Position numbers and translations under genes: made by a program. From contig NC_043004.1 in NCBI RefSeq assembly GCF_006345805.1, positions 54,436,001 to 54,500,000 of the forward strand: a DNA stretch of 64,000 nucleotides. Reading direction: 5' to 3'. Positions 12,661 through 23,959 of the stretch are shown here, in pieces (within the stretch, counting starts at the first letter, position 1; each line of letters opens with the position of its first letter). The notes below the pieces were generated by a model. The model saw nothing but the letters and a program-made list of their open reading frames with translations. It was not told the origin of the DNA and searched no databases. The stretch is from Octopus sinensis (taxonomy: Eukaryota).

Positions 12661-15607
12661 GGACCACTCACCCATTACCAACTTCCCTTACCTCGACATT
12701 CCTGTTAAATGTACGTGGCATCAACCCATCAATTATTGCCCAAAAATGGAAGATCCCATATATAGAGAGTTGGCTTGCCGAAATGGCACATTGCTTCCCT
12801 TTCTTTATCCTTACCGAGACTCACCTGAACGACACCCATATGGACGCAGAGGTGAAAATAAAAGATTTCACCATTGTTCGTGCGGATCGCACAGACCGAA
12901 ATAAGGGAGGGACAGCCATCTTTATCCATGACTCCTTTTCACTTGATGCCAAGGACATATTTTCCAATGGCTACTGTGAATCGGTATCACTATACAACAA
13001 AGCCAAGGACATAACCATTGTTGGTCTTTACAGGCCTCCCCAGGCACCTCTAAAGTACTTTGAAGAGTGCCTTAGCAAAGTCAAGTCCTTCCTTCGGAAG
13101 TACCACTCCGGAAACATACTAGTGATGGGTGATTTTAACCTCCCTCATGTGAACTGGCCCACAAATACTCTGAAGTTCGGCAAGTGATCTACATCAGATA
13201 GAGCAGCAGCAGAACTGCTTTTTAATCTGATGGATGAGTATTTCCTGACTCAGCTAGTGCTTGAACCAACGAGACAGAATAAAACGATCTTGGATCTGGT
13301 ATTGACCAATCACTCTAGCTACGTTCACAGTATTTCAGTCGAAAAAACTCTCCTCTCAGACCACGACATGGTACTCTGCAATCTTAATTCCCGACATATA
13401 AAAACCAAACCAGCCAATCCCACTCCATGGCACCCATTTGACAACATAAACTTCCACAAAGCGGACTGGGGAACAATCAGAAAGGATCTGTCTTCCATTG
13501 ACTGGTCTTTTACTCTCAATTCCTCTCATATTGAGACCGCGTGGCAGCACTTTGAAAACATTGTCACCTATACATGCTCTAAACACGCTCCCAAGAAATC
13601 TACTAACACAAACAGAAACCGGCTCCCTAAAAAGAAAAAAAACTCATCAGGCGCATCAAAAGACTCAACAAAAAAATCAACCAATTAAAATATTCCCACA
13701 CGCAACATCCACATTCAACAACAATGAAAAGTCTAGAGCTGGAAAAACTTCATCTGCAGACCAACATGAAAACCTCCATTGAAAATCAAAGAGCTGTGGA
13801 GGAACAATGGGTAATCAAAAACATCAAACAGAACCCCAAAGTGTTCTATTCTTATGCAAATAAGCATAGAACCACTGTCTCACCCATTGGGCCATTGATT
13901 GATGATAACGGCATTCCCCAACACGATGCTAAAGAAATGGCAGAAATACTGCAGAAACAATACTGCTCTGTCTTTAGTGTTCCCACTGATATTGACGTAA
14001 GGGAAACGAACGAAGTTGACTCCCAACACAAAATCTCAGACATAACCTACACTGCCACCGACATCGTAGCAGCAATAAATGAGGTCAAACATTACTCTGC
14101 TGTAGGCCCTGATAGATTTCCCGCTAGTCTCCTGAAGGAATGTAGATACCAACTTGCAGTCCCTCTGACCAACCTCTGGAGAAATTCGTTAGACGCAGTT
14201 TCTATCCCAGTCGGTCATCCCGGTTTTCAAACAGGGAAACAGACCCCTCGCAGTCAACTATCGCCCAATCTCACTCACCTCCCACATCATTAAAGTGTTT
14301 GAAAGAGTGTTAAGATCAAGGATAGCTGACTTCCTGGAGACCCACAAACTCCTAAATGCAAATCAGCATGGCTTTCGCTGTGGCAGGGACTGTCTAACAC
14401 AGCTCTTACACCACATTGAAGATGTACTCAAAGCCTTGGAACAGGTTCGAACTCTGACGTCATATATCTTGACTTCAGTAAAGCGTTCGACAGGGTAGAC
14501 CATAACATCCTACTCTCAAAATTGGCAAACGTTGGAATCCGTGGAAAAGTTCTACACTGGATTAAGTATTTCCTGGCGAATAGAACACAACATGTTGTAG
14601 TTGATGGAGTCCACTCAAACCCAGCAAAAGTCACCAGCGGTGTTCCCCAGGGAACTGTTTTGGGTCCGCTACTCTTCATAATTTACGTAAACGACCTTTC
14701 CAATGTCGTACATTACTGCAAAGTGAAAATATTGCTGATGACACTAAGCTCCAGCAAATCGTCAATGAAGAAGCAGACCGAATCTCAACTCCAGTCTGAT
14801 CTATATGCTGTGAGTCAATGGGCAGACAGAAACAAAATGCAACTGAATGAGGGAAAATTTGAGCTGATGCATTTTGGAAGAAATTCCTCACTAAAACAAC
14901 CATACTCTCTTCCTTCAGGGGAACCGCTCACAGCCTCTAACAATATCAGAGACCTGGGTGTAATTGTTGATGACGATCTCAGTTGGAGTGCACACATCAA
15001 CAAGAAGGTCGATATAGCTCGTAGGATGAGTTCCTGGATCTTAAGAACTTTCCGGTCCAGAGAACAAGGTGTCATCATACCACTTTTTTCCTCCTTTGTA
15101 CGGCCACACCTTGAATACTGCTGCCCACTGTGGTCTCCTCACACAAGACAAAACATCTCCAGAATTGAGTCACCCCAGAGGGCACTCACTAAACAATTGA
15201 AGGCATGGCTGCTCTCGATTATTGGGATCACCTTAAACCTTGAAACTTTACTCCTCCAGCGTCGCCGTGAGCGGTACATCATTTGTACGATGTGGAAAAT
15301 ATACCGCCAACTTTGCCCAAACAACCTAAACATTAGCTTCAAGGTTCATCCAAGACTTGGACCACGGGCTATACGTCCCCTGCCCAATTCAAGATCACAA
15401 CATACATGTACACTGCAACATAATTTCTTTTCCTCAACAGGCCCTGCCCTATTTAACATTATCCCGAGGGAGATCAAAGAGGAAAAGGATCCCATCAACT
15501 TTAAACAGAGTCTGGATAGATTCCTTCAAAGAATGCCAGATAAGCCACCCATAATTGGATACAACTCACCCAACAAGAACTCACTACTTGAACAAAACTT
15601 GACTTAA
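12648..15607 (+). pseudogene. LINE ORF2: apurinic endonuclease + reverse transcriptase (disrupted)
   Basis: LLNVRG, LTETHL, DR...GGTAIF, VGLYRPP, VMGDFNLP, SDHDMV; GPD, QHGFR, YLDFSKAFDRVDH, SGVPQGTVLGPLLFIIYVNDL, (F)ADDTK, RDLGV, VRPHLEYCCPLWSP. One TGA (13185) and several indels, some in homopolymers. Confidence 0.95.
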
Positions 15608-15746
15608 ACAGGATTCGAATAATCCCATCAGGTGGTACTATTAAGTTAGACATGGCCTGGACCATCTTTGTTCGAAACATATCTAAGTTTATCTAAGTTA
15701 TATAATATAATATATATATATTACATATATATATATACATAATATA

Positions 15747-15782
<36 letters not shown>

Positions 15783-15793
15783 CATATGTATAT

Positions 15794-15844
<51 letters not shown>

Positions 15845-15980
15845 CATATATATATATATATATATAATATACATATATATATATATACATATATATATAT
15901 ATGCATATATATACATATATACATATATATATATATGTATATATATATATTATATACATATATAATATATATATATATAG

Positions 15981-16020
<40 letters not shown>

Positions 16021-16024
16021 TATA

Positions 16025-16109
<85 letters not shown>

Positions 16110-16111
<2 letters not shown>

Positions 16112-16408
16112 ACATGTACACTGCAACATAATTTCTTTTCCTCAACAGGCCCTGCCCTATTTAACATTATCCCGAGGGAGATCAAAGAGGAAAAGGATCC
16201 CATCAACTTTAAACAGAGTCTGGATAGATTCCTTCAAAGAATGCCAGATAAGCCACCCATAATTGGATACAACTCACCCAACAAGAACTCACTACTTGAA
16301 CAAAACTTGACTTAAACAGGATTCGAATAATCCCATCAGGTGGTACTATTAAGTTAGACATGGCCTGGACCAATCTTTGTTCGAAACATATCTAAGTTTA
16401 TCTAAGTT
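16110..16408 (+). repeat. Near-identical duplicate of the LINE 3' end (15402-15699)
   Basis: Same sequence with a 708-bp period; the only difference seen is GACCATC vs GACCAATC. Confidence 0.95.
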
Positions 16409-16412
16409 ATAT

Positions 16413-16444
<32 letters not shown>

Positions 16445-16452
16445 CATATATA

Positions 16453-16483
<31 letters not shown>

Positions 16484-16484
16484 C

Positions 16485-16588
<104 letters not shown>

Positions 16589-16646
16589 CATATATATATA
16601 TATGCATATATATAATATATACATATATATATATATATATGTATAT

Positions 16647-18130
16647 ATGGGTTACTGTAAGTTGTTTGTTAGAGTTGCTAGGGTGAGCTAAAGCTCATAA
16701 ATGTATATAATTGATTTTTCATGATAGTTTTTAAAGAATCCATTCATAATAAATTTTTTTAAGTAGCGTTGGTTTGCTACGTGGAAATAGTTTTTAGTTC
16801 CATTTATTATATTTCTCCATTCATACTATGAATGACGTTTACTTTCTATGGCGCGTATTCTTTTTTTACATTAGTTATTCCATGGTAACGTAATTTTGTT
16901 TGGTTTTTTAACGGCGAAGAATCTAATTTCACTTCATAATTTGTAAACTGAATTGTAAGTATGTATTTGATTATCCTTATGTCATAATGTTATTTTTGAT
17001 ATTCTGGTTAATTACGATGTATTTATTGTTGTTTTCATAAGAGTGTTTATGTATATGAGATTGGTTGTGAGTTTTTAATTGTATAATTAATTTATTTATC
17101 TGTATGAGGTGGGTGTAAATATTGTTGTATATATCGAGTTTTAGTGAGTATGTATATGCGTATATGTGAGGGAGCATATGTATCTGTTGTGTGTGTGTGT
17201 TTTGCGTGTGTGTGTGTGTTTGTGTGAATGTGGATTTGGGTTTGTTATTTAGGATTTGGGATGTATGTGTTAATTTGTCTGTGTGGGGAGGGAGTGGTTT
17301 GGTGTATATTGAGGTTTATAAGTTAGTATAGGTTTGTGTATAAGTCTTGGGTCTGTGGTTTACGTGGGGTTTTTGTGTGTGAATGTTTAGGTTAGGGGGA
17401 TTGCTATATAGTTTGTTATAGGGTTTAGCAAAGGGAGATTTTATCGTTATATGCTTTTATGAGTTTTGGTTTATCATGGTTTTTTTTAGGTTTCGTGGTA
17501 TTTTGTCTATTTTAGGTGTTGGTTCTTTTTTTACATTGTTTCATTCATAATTTTTGAGTGGTGTTCGTTTTGCCACGTGAATAACGGGGTGTGGACTAGC
17601 GTTGCTTGGAATGTGAATGGAATAGTTGTAGTAGTGAGGTAGGCATAGAGAATGGATGGGGTTACTGTAAGTGTTTGTTAGAGATGCTAAGGTGAGTTAA
17701 AGCTCATAAATGTATATAATGTTTTTTGTGGGTGTGTAAGTATTGTTGTATATGTCGAGTTTTAGTGAGTATGTATAGGCGTATATGTGAGGGAGTATAT
17801 GTATCTTTTGTGTGTGAGTGTTTTGCGTGTGAGTGTGTTTTGTGTGTGAATGTGTATATGGGTTTGTTATTTAGGTTTTGGGATGTATGTGTTAATTGTC
17901 TGTGTGGGGAGGGAGTGGGTTTTGGTGTATATTGAGGTTTATAAGTTAGTATAGGTATGTGTATAAGTCGTGAGTCTGTGGTTTACGTGTGTGTATTGTG
18001 TGTGAATGTTTAGGTTAGGGGGTTTACTTTATAGGTTTGTTATAGAGTTTAGCAAGGGAGATTTTATCGTATATGTTTTTAAGAGTTTTGTTTTATCATG
18101 GTTTTTTTAGGGAATTCGTGGTAATTAGTC
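16647..18130. repeat. G/T-skewed imperfect tandem duplication
   Basis: 16647-16710 ~ 17657-17720 and 17110-17500 ~ 17740-18125, with many substitutions and small indels; C strongly depleted on the + strand. Confidence 0.75.
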
Positions 18131-18256
18131 TATATTTTCGATATGGATTATATATAGGTTATATATGGATTATATACTTATATTTTTCATTTATACTTTA
18201 ATTATTTATAAGTATTATTTTTATATTTTAAAATTTTGATTTTTTAGATTGGAAGT

Positions 18257-18301
18257 CCACCTGAAGATTGTCGATCAAGACAAGAAAAACGATTGTAGTG
18301 G
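18257..18301 (+). ncRNA. Type I hammerhead ribozyme motif (degenerate stem III)
   Basis: CCAC-CTGAAGA-TTGTC(gatcaa)GACAA-GAAA-aacgatt-GTA-GTGG; stems I and II pair. Confidence 0.65.
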
Positions 18302-18517
18302 CGGTTTTTTTTGACTATTATTAAATTTTATGTATTGATTAAGTCTTTCCTTGTTTGTTTTGCAAAATAGTGGTTTTGTCTCAAATAATATTTTATATAT
18401 TATATATATATATATAGATCAGCAACAATTTAGATTCAAATGAATATGGTACTTAATTTAGATGCACCAGAATTTTGTATGGTGTTACCCATAAAATTAT
18501 GTGGGGTGATTATAATA

Positions 18518-19211
18518 AAAAAATAAGCAACAAGAATGAATCCGGTAATTTAGTACAATTGTTTCATACTACGACATTTCATTAAAAGCTGTAAATATTC
18601 TAAATATTCTAAATTCTTCCTTTTTTTCTACAACTAACTTTAATCCCTTTTACAGTATTCTATCATCTCCCCTTACCCAAATTCCTACAGCTAAAAAAAT
18701 TCTGATGGCTCTCAGTTGCAAGTAGGGTTTTGGACAGTTAGTAGCTGACCTACAACCTCACATGTTCCTAAGAATTTAATGATCTTTCTACACTGACCTA
18801 ATTTTTTTGTCAACACATAGATAGATTGACCTTCTGTTCTAGTGACATATCCTGATTCTTCCTCCTCTTTTTTACAACTAACTTAAATTCTTTACCTGCC
18901 CTTACCCTAATCCTTATAAATAAAGAAATTTTCTTACAGCAGTCAGTTATAAACAAACTTTTCAGTTAGCATCTGAACCACACGACCTCATGTTCCTAAG
19001 TTTCATATCTACATCTTTATCTGTATATTTACCTTCCCTAAGATGTCATTAATTGATTTAAAAACTTTTATATTATTAGAAAACCTATATAAATTAGCTG
19101 AAGATTACTCAGCAGCTTAAATCTGCTGTAATATTTACAGCTTTTAATGAAATGTTGTAGTATGGAACAATTGTACTAAATTACCGGATTCATTCTTGTT
19201 GCTTATTTTTT
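18518..19211. mobile_element. ~700-bp element with 82-bp inverted ends (PLE pLTR plus inverted partial pLTR)
   Basis: 18518-18599 is the reverse complement of 19130-19211 with 2 mismatches; the arms contain the HHR stem III/cleavage half; TA flanks. Confidence 0.75.
19094..19179 (+). ncRNA. Type I hammerhead motif with long branched stem II (A13G in this copy)
   Basis: TTAG-CTGAAGA-tTACT...AGTAt-GGAAC-AATT-GTA-CTAA; the inverted copy at ~18550-18570 keeps GAAAC. Confidence 0.6.
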
Positions 19212-19357
19212 GTATATATATATATTAACCCCTTACTTTTACTCCCTCCCCTCACTTAGCGGTCATTCAAATAGCTCTTTTGTCATAATAACGGTCAATC
19301 ACACAGTAATTTCCCTTTGTATAACGGTCATTTTTCATAGCATTTTTCCGATGGCCG

Positions 19358-19418
19358 GATAACTGAAGAGATGGCGGCGTGGATTTCCACCTAGGCAATT
19401 GAAACTCGGAGTTTTATC
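19358..19418 (+). ncRNA. Type I hammerhead ribozyme with intact core inside a ~230-bp (TA)n-flanked module (19226-19456)
   Basis: GATAA-CTGAAGA-(stem II with GTGG/CCAC hairpin)-GAAA-CTC-g-GAG-TT-TTATC; stem I extends via GCC/GGC. Confidence 0.75.
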
Positions 19419-19453
19419 ATGGCTACCGAATAATTGTCACATATTACATTTAC

Positions 19454-19496
<43 letters not shown>

Positions 19497-19664
19497 AAAT
19501 AATAAGGGTGAAAAATTGGATATTAATTTGATTAATATCAATGTAAAACCAGTGGCCTAGCTCATTGAAAAATCTGAAAATTCAGAAAAATTATATTACA
19601 TACATATAAGAGGGGTGACTACTAAGTGGACACCCATTATGCTAGAGGTAGACCCCATATGGTC

Positions 19665-19778
19665 TGACCACTAAGAAAAAAAAGTTCTCAATAAAATTCA
19701 GCAAACGCCATTTTTCTTGCTCGCTTATGTTCTGGCGTTTGCTGAATTTTCTTCAGAACAATCTTTTCTTAATGGTCA
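19665..19778 (-). ncRNA. HHR-like remnant: CTGAAGA followed by an 18-bp perfect hairpin; GAAA/stem III missing
   Basis: 19693-19710 pairs with 19733-19750; 19665-19679 pairs with 19764-19778; TCTTCAG at 19750-19756. Confidence 0.4.
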
Positions 19779-20524
19779 TCCCTTTTATATGTATATAGGC
19801 GGTTGCTCCCGTATGGCCGCAGTCAAATGACTGAAACAAGTAAAAGAGTAAAATACGTATTATATATAATTTATATATTATTTATATATATATATATATT
19901 AATATATATCTTTATATATATATATATATATATATAATATTATATATATATATATACATACATACACAAAACATAACATACATACATACATAAAATACAT
20001 ACATACATACATACATACATACACACTACATACATACATACATACATGCATACATGCATAAATGTATGCATACATACATATATACTGGCACACATATTCA
20101 TACATGTGTGTGGAAGGGCACTGGCTTAGTCAAGATTCTTTTTCATGGCAGGCCGGGCCACTTCTCTCTGTGTACCAAGTCTATGTTTTCCGTGACATCA
20201 ATGTTCTCCAAGTATAAGGATTTATAGCGCTTAGCGCCCGTGTAATCACAAGCGAAGTCAGGATATAATTGGTAGAATCAAATGAGACAAAGTTTTAATA
20301 ATTTTATCAACGCACTGCCCTGAAGAGATAATTTATTGTAACAATCCCAGACAGAGGAAAGCCAAAATGACTGCTGTGTAATTAGAATTGAGAATGTCAG
20401 AAAAGATGTTTTCCACTCTGTTCCGATTCTATATATCATATATCATAAGAAATATGATATATACACACAATACACAAAATACACACATGCATATTTACAG
20501 ACAGACAGATAAATAGATAGAGTT

Positions 20525-20606
<82 letters not shown>

Positions 20607-20712
20607 CAGATGGATGGATGGATGGATGGATGGACGGATATATAGATGGAAAGATAGATAAATAGATAAATACATAAATATGCATATATACACATATATA
20701 CATATATATACG

Positions 20713-20744
<32 letters not shown>

Positions 20745-20759
20745 CATATATATACATGC

Positions 20760-20887
20760 ACTCCGGTTCTTTACGTTCCGAGTTCGGAATTTGAACTCGG
20801 CGGAATTTGAACTCAGAACGTAGCGGCAGTCGAAATACGGCTACGCATTTCGCCCAGCGTGCTAACGACTCTGCCAGCTCGTCGCCT
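20760..20887 (-). mobile_element. SINE-A 5' fragment
   Basis: Reverse complement of GGCGACGAGCTGGCAGAGTCGTTAGCACGC...GAGTTCAAATTCCGCCGAG. Confidence 0.8.
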
Positions 20888-21120
20888 TCATGCCAGCCAC
20901 TTTACAGAGTAAATCACTCGGTCCGTAGCTTAGAAATACTGGGTTGACGTCCAGCGGAAACAGGTTTGTTTCATGGAGGAGGAAAGATCTTCTTTAGTAC
21001 TTGGTTGTACAATGCTTTTCAATGTGTGTAGTAGTGGCGCGCGCACACATTATTAGCCATATGAAAAGACTATGAAAGTCTCCACCACGGTCGAACAATG
21101 ATGATGATGATGATGATCTA

Positions 21121-21166
<46 letters not shown>

Positions 21167-21167
<1 letters not shown>

Positions 21168-21725
21168 ACGAGAGAGGGATGACCTCCCTTTGCAAATACC
21201 ATAAGAGCACAGAAAGTGTGCCTAAAGCCAGCTGGAGACGATGATCTCCTGGGGCATAAAGCTACAGTAACACCCACCCTTAGTGGTTAGCCATATTGAG
21301 ATGGCTATTATACTTTACGTTGTCGAGCAGTTACTGTTTACATCTCGTTCAGAGATTTATTATTGCTTGCAGACAGTTTTTCAAAATCAGTGACGGAAGT
21401 TACTGAAAAAAACAATAAATAAGTATTTGCAAACAGGTCTCATTTCATCGAAAACCGGTTATTGCCGTACGCCAAAGACAGGCAAATACCTAGAAACTGC
21501 AGTTCGTGCGTATCACTTAGGTTTACGAGAGAGGGATGACCTCCCTTTTCAAATACCATAAGAGCACAGAAAGTGTGTCTAAAGCCAGCTGGAGACGATG
21601 ATCTCCTGTAGCTAAAAAGCTACAGTAACACCCACCTTTAGTGGTTAGCCATATTGAGATGGCTAGTATACTTTACGTTATCGAGCAGTTACTGTTTACA
21701 TCTCGTGCAGAGACTTATTATTGCT
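21167..21725 (+). mobile_element. Retrozyme/pLTR-like mini-element: 357-bp unit with ~200-bp terminal redundancy, in (TA)n
   Basis: 21167-21367 ~ 21524-21725 (direct, high identity); HHR remnant in the unique part; no ORF. Confidence 0.75.
21466..21510 (+). ncRNA. Type I hammerhead remnant
   Basis: CGTACG-CCAAAGA-cAGG(caaata)CCTa-GAAAC-TGCA-GTT-CGTGCG; 6-bp stem I, palindromic stem III AACTGCAGTT. Confidence 0.6.
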
Positions 21726-22008
21726 ATATATATATATATATATATATATATGCATCTATCTCTCTTCTATCTATCTATGTGTGTGTATGCGTGTCTTTGA
21801 CTCTGTGTTTATCCGTCGCTGAATAGTGACTTAGTGTTTAGTGGAATTCGACTTACGATTGTATGGTCCTGATTTCAGTACACGGCGATGCGTTTTCTCC
21901 TTGCGCAAGACACTTCTTTTACGTGAATCCAGTACCTTCAGCTAGCAAAAATGAGTAGTATCTATGATTCAAAAGGCAAGCTTGTCACATTCTCTGTTAT
22001 GCTAAATC

Positions 22009-22398
22009 AGTGGAGGCGCAATGGCCCAGTGGTTAGGGCAGTGGACTCGCGGTCATAGGATCGCGGTTTCGATTCCCAGATCGGGCGTTGTGAGTGTTTA
22101 TTGAGCGAAAACACATAAAAAGAGCTCCACGAGCCTCCGGCAGGGGGTCGTGGTGATCCCTGCTGTACTTTTTCACCACAACTTTCTCTCACTCTTACTT
22201 CCTGTTTCTGTTGTACCTGTATTTCAAGGGGCCGGCCTTGTCACTCTCTGTGTCACACTGAATATCCCTGAGAACTACGTTAAGGGTGCACGTGTCTGTG
22301 GAGTGCTCAGCCACTTACACGTTAATTTCACGAGCAGGCTGTTCCGTTGATTCGGATCAACCGGAACCCTCATCGTCGTAACCGACGGAGTGCTTCCC
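22009..22398 (+). mobile_element. SINE-B with tail T1 and 11-bp TSD, nested in an older SINE-D/T1 copy (21860-22540)
   Basis: TSD TATGCTAAATC at 21998-22008 and 22399-22409; near-identical to 25773-26154. Confidence 0.9.
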
Positions 22399-22574
22399 TA
22401 TGCTAAATCTTCCTGAGGACTTTATTAAAGGTATGCGTGACTGTGGAATGTTCAGCTTCTTGCACGTTAATTTCACGAGTACGCTGTTCCGTTCATCGGC
22501 TCCACTGAAACCGTTTTTGCCGTAACCGACAGTGCGCCTCTGCCAATCTAGCACCCCACTACTGTTTGATAGGC

Positions 22575-22740
22575 GATGTTTGTGTGTTTGCGTCCTTGTA
22601 ACTTAGCGGTTCGGCCAAAATAACCGATAGAAAAATTACTAGACTAAAAAAAAACAGAACTCAACTATAAATTTTTCAAGGCTGTCCCTTGCATAGCCGC
22701 AGTCAAATAACTGAAACAACTGAAAGATAAGAGAAAGAAA
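22575..22740 (+). mobile_element. SINE-C 3' fragment
   Basis: GTAACTTAGCGGTTCGGC...GCCGCAGTCAAATAACTGAAACA matches 1385-1520. Confidence 0.65.
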
Positions 22741-22741
22741 G

Positions 22742-22807
<66 letters not shown>

Positions 22808-22852
22808 TACATGTATATATATATAACTGAAACAACTGAAAGATAAGATAAG

Positions 22853-22900
<48 letters not shown>

Positions 22901-23307
22901 AGTATGTATGTATATATGTATATATATATGTATATATAATATATACATGTATGTATGTATGTATATATACGTATGTATGTATATGTGTGTGTAAATATAC
23001 AGTACGTGGCGAATGTATGCATTAGTGCATGTAAGTGCGTATGTCAGTATTTATATATATGTGTATATATGTATATCTTTGTATGTGTATGTGTAGGTGT
23101 AGTAAATAGTGTGGCTATTTTGCTGTTTTGTATTTCTTTCCCTTCCCATTTGTAGTCTTTTGTTTCATTCATACATTATATTAGTTTTTCCTTGCATTGT
23201 TTTCAACTAACCACCAGTAGCACTATTATTAGTACTATTATTACTACTAGTTATTAATATCGACAAGAAAAGTAACATCGACATAATTGAAGTTTCCATT
23301 GTTGTTG

Positions 23308-23347
<40 letters not shown>

Positions 23348-23959
23348 TAATTGAAATTTCAAGCCTTATGCTGAGATGTTTCAGAAAATCCACATTTATT
23401 CAGATTTTGTTGCTCTTGTTTTTGCTTTTGTTTTGTAGTACTTGTCATCGTTGAGCGTGTAGTAGTTGTTTTTGCCTTTATTAATATTAGTTTTTATTAT
23501 TGTTATTATTATCATTATTATTGTTGCTGTTGCTGTTTTTGTTGTTGCTGCTGATATTGAATTGGAGTCTGTCCAATTATTGCTAACATGTTCCGTTAGA
23601 TATTCCATCAAAATTTATTAATTTGAAACAAAAGCAAAACAATAACAAAACAATAAAATTATTAAAGTTGTAGATTTAAGAATATGAAACGTTGCCAGTT
23701 TTCGTGTTGTTTAGAAATATTTTGCGTTTTCCCCCCAATTTTATGAAAATCTTACACAGAAAACATGACAGAATTTCAAAACATTGAACAGAAAACTGAA
23801 AATCTTCAAGCTAAAGATCTATAGCTAAAGGTCAGAGATGGACATATACTTGGAATTTGTTCATTATAGTTTCATTCCTTGCTTCATCACCATCAAATCT
23901 TCAGAATCTCAATATGTTAAACGACATCAAATCATCAATATAATAAATTTTATCAGCCT

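Larger units (their letters stand above)
11017..15699 (+). mobile_element. Near full-length CR1/L2-group (Jockey superfamily) LINE flanked by (TA)n
   Basis: 5'UTR, ORF1, ORF2 (APE+RT), short 3'UTR ending ATCTAAGTT-T-ATCTAAGTT. The 5' boundary is inferred from the end of the (TA)n tract. Confidence 0.92.

Noticed and set aside
20315-20375. CTGAAGA...GAAA as HHR
   Set aside because: No convincing stem II/III pairing by eye.
22009-22090. tRNA genes in SINE heads
   Set aside because: A/B boxes are present, but the heads run into SINE bodies and lack a proper acceptor stem.
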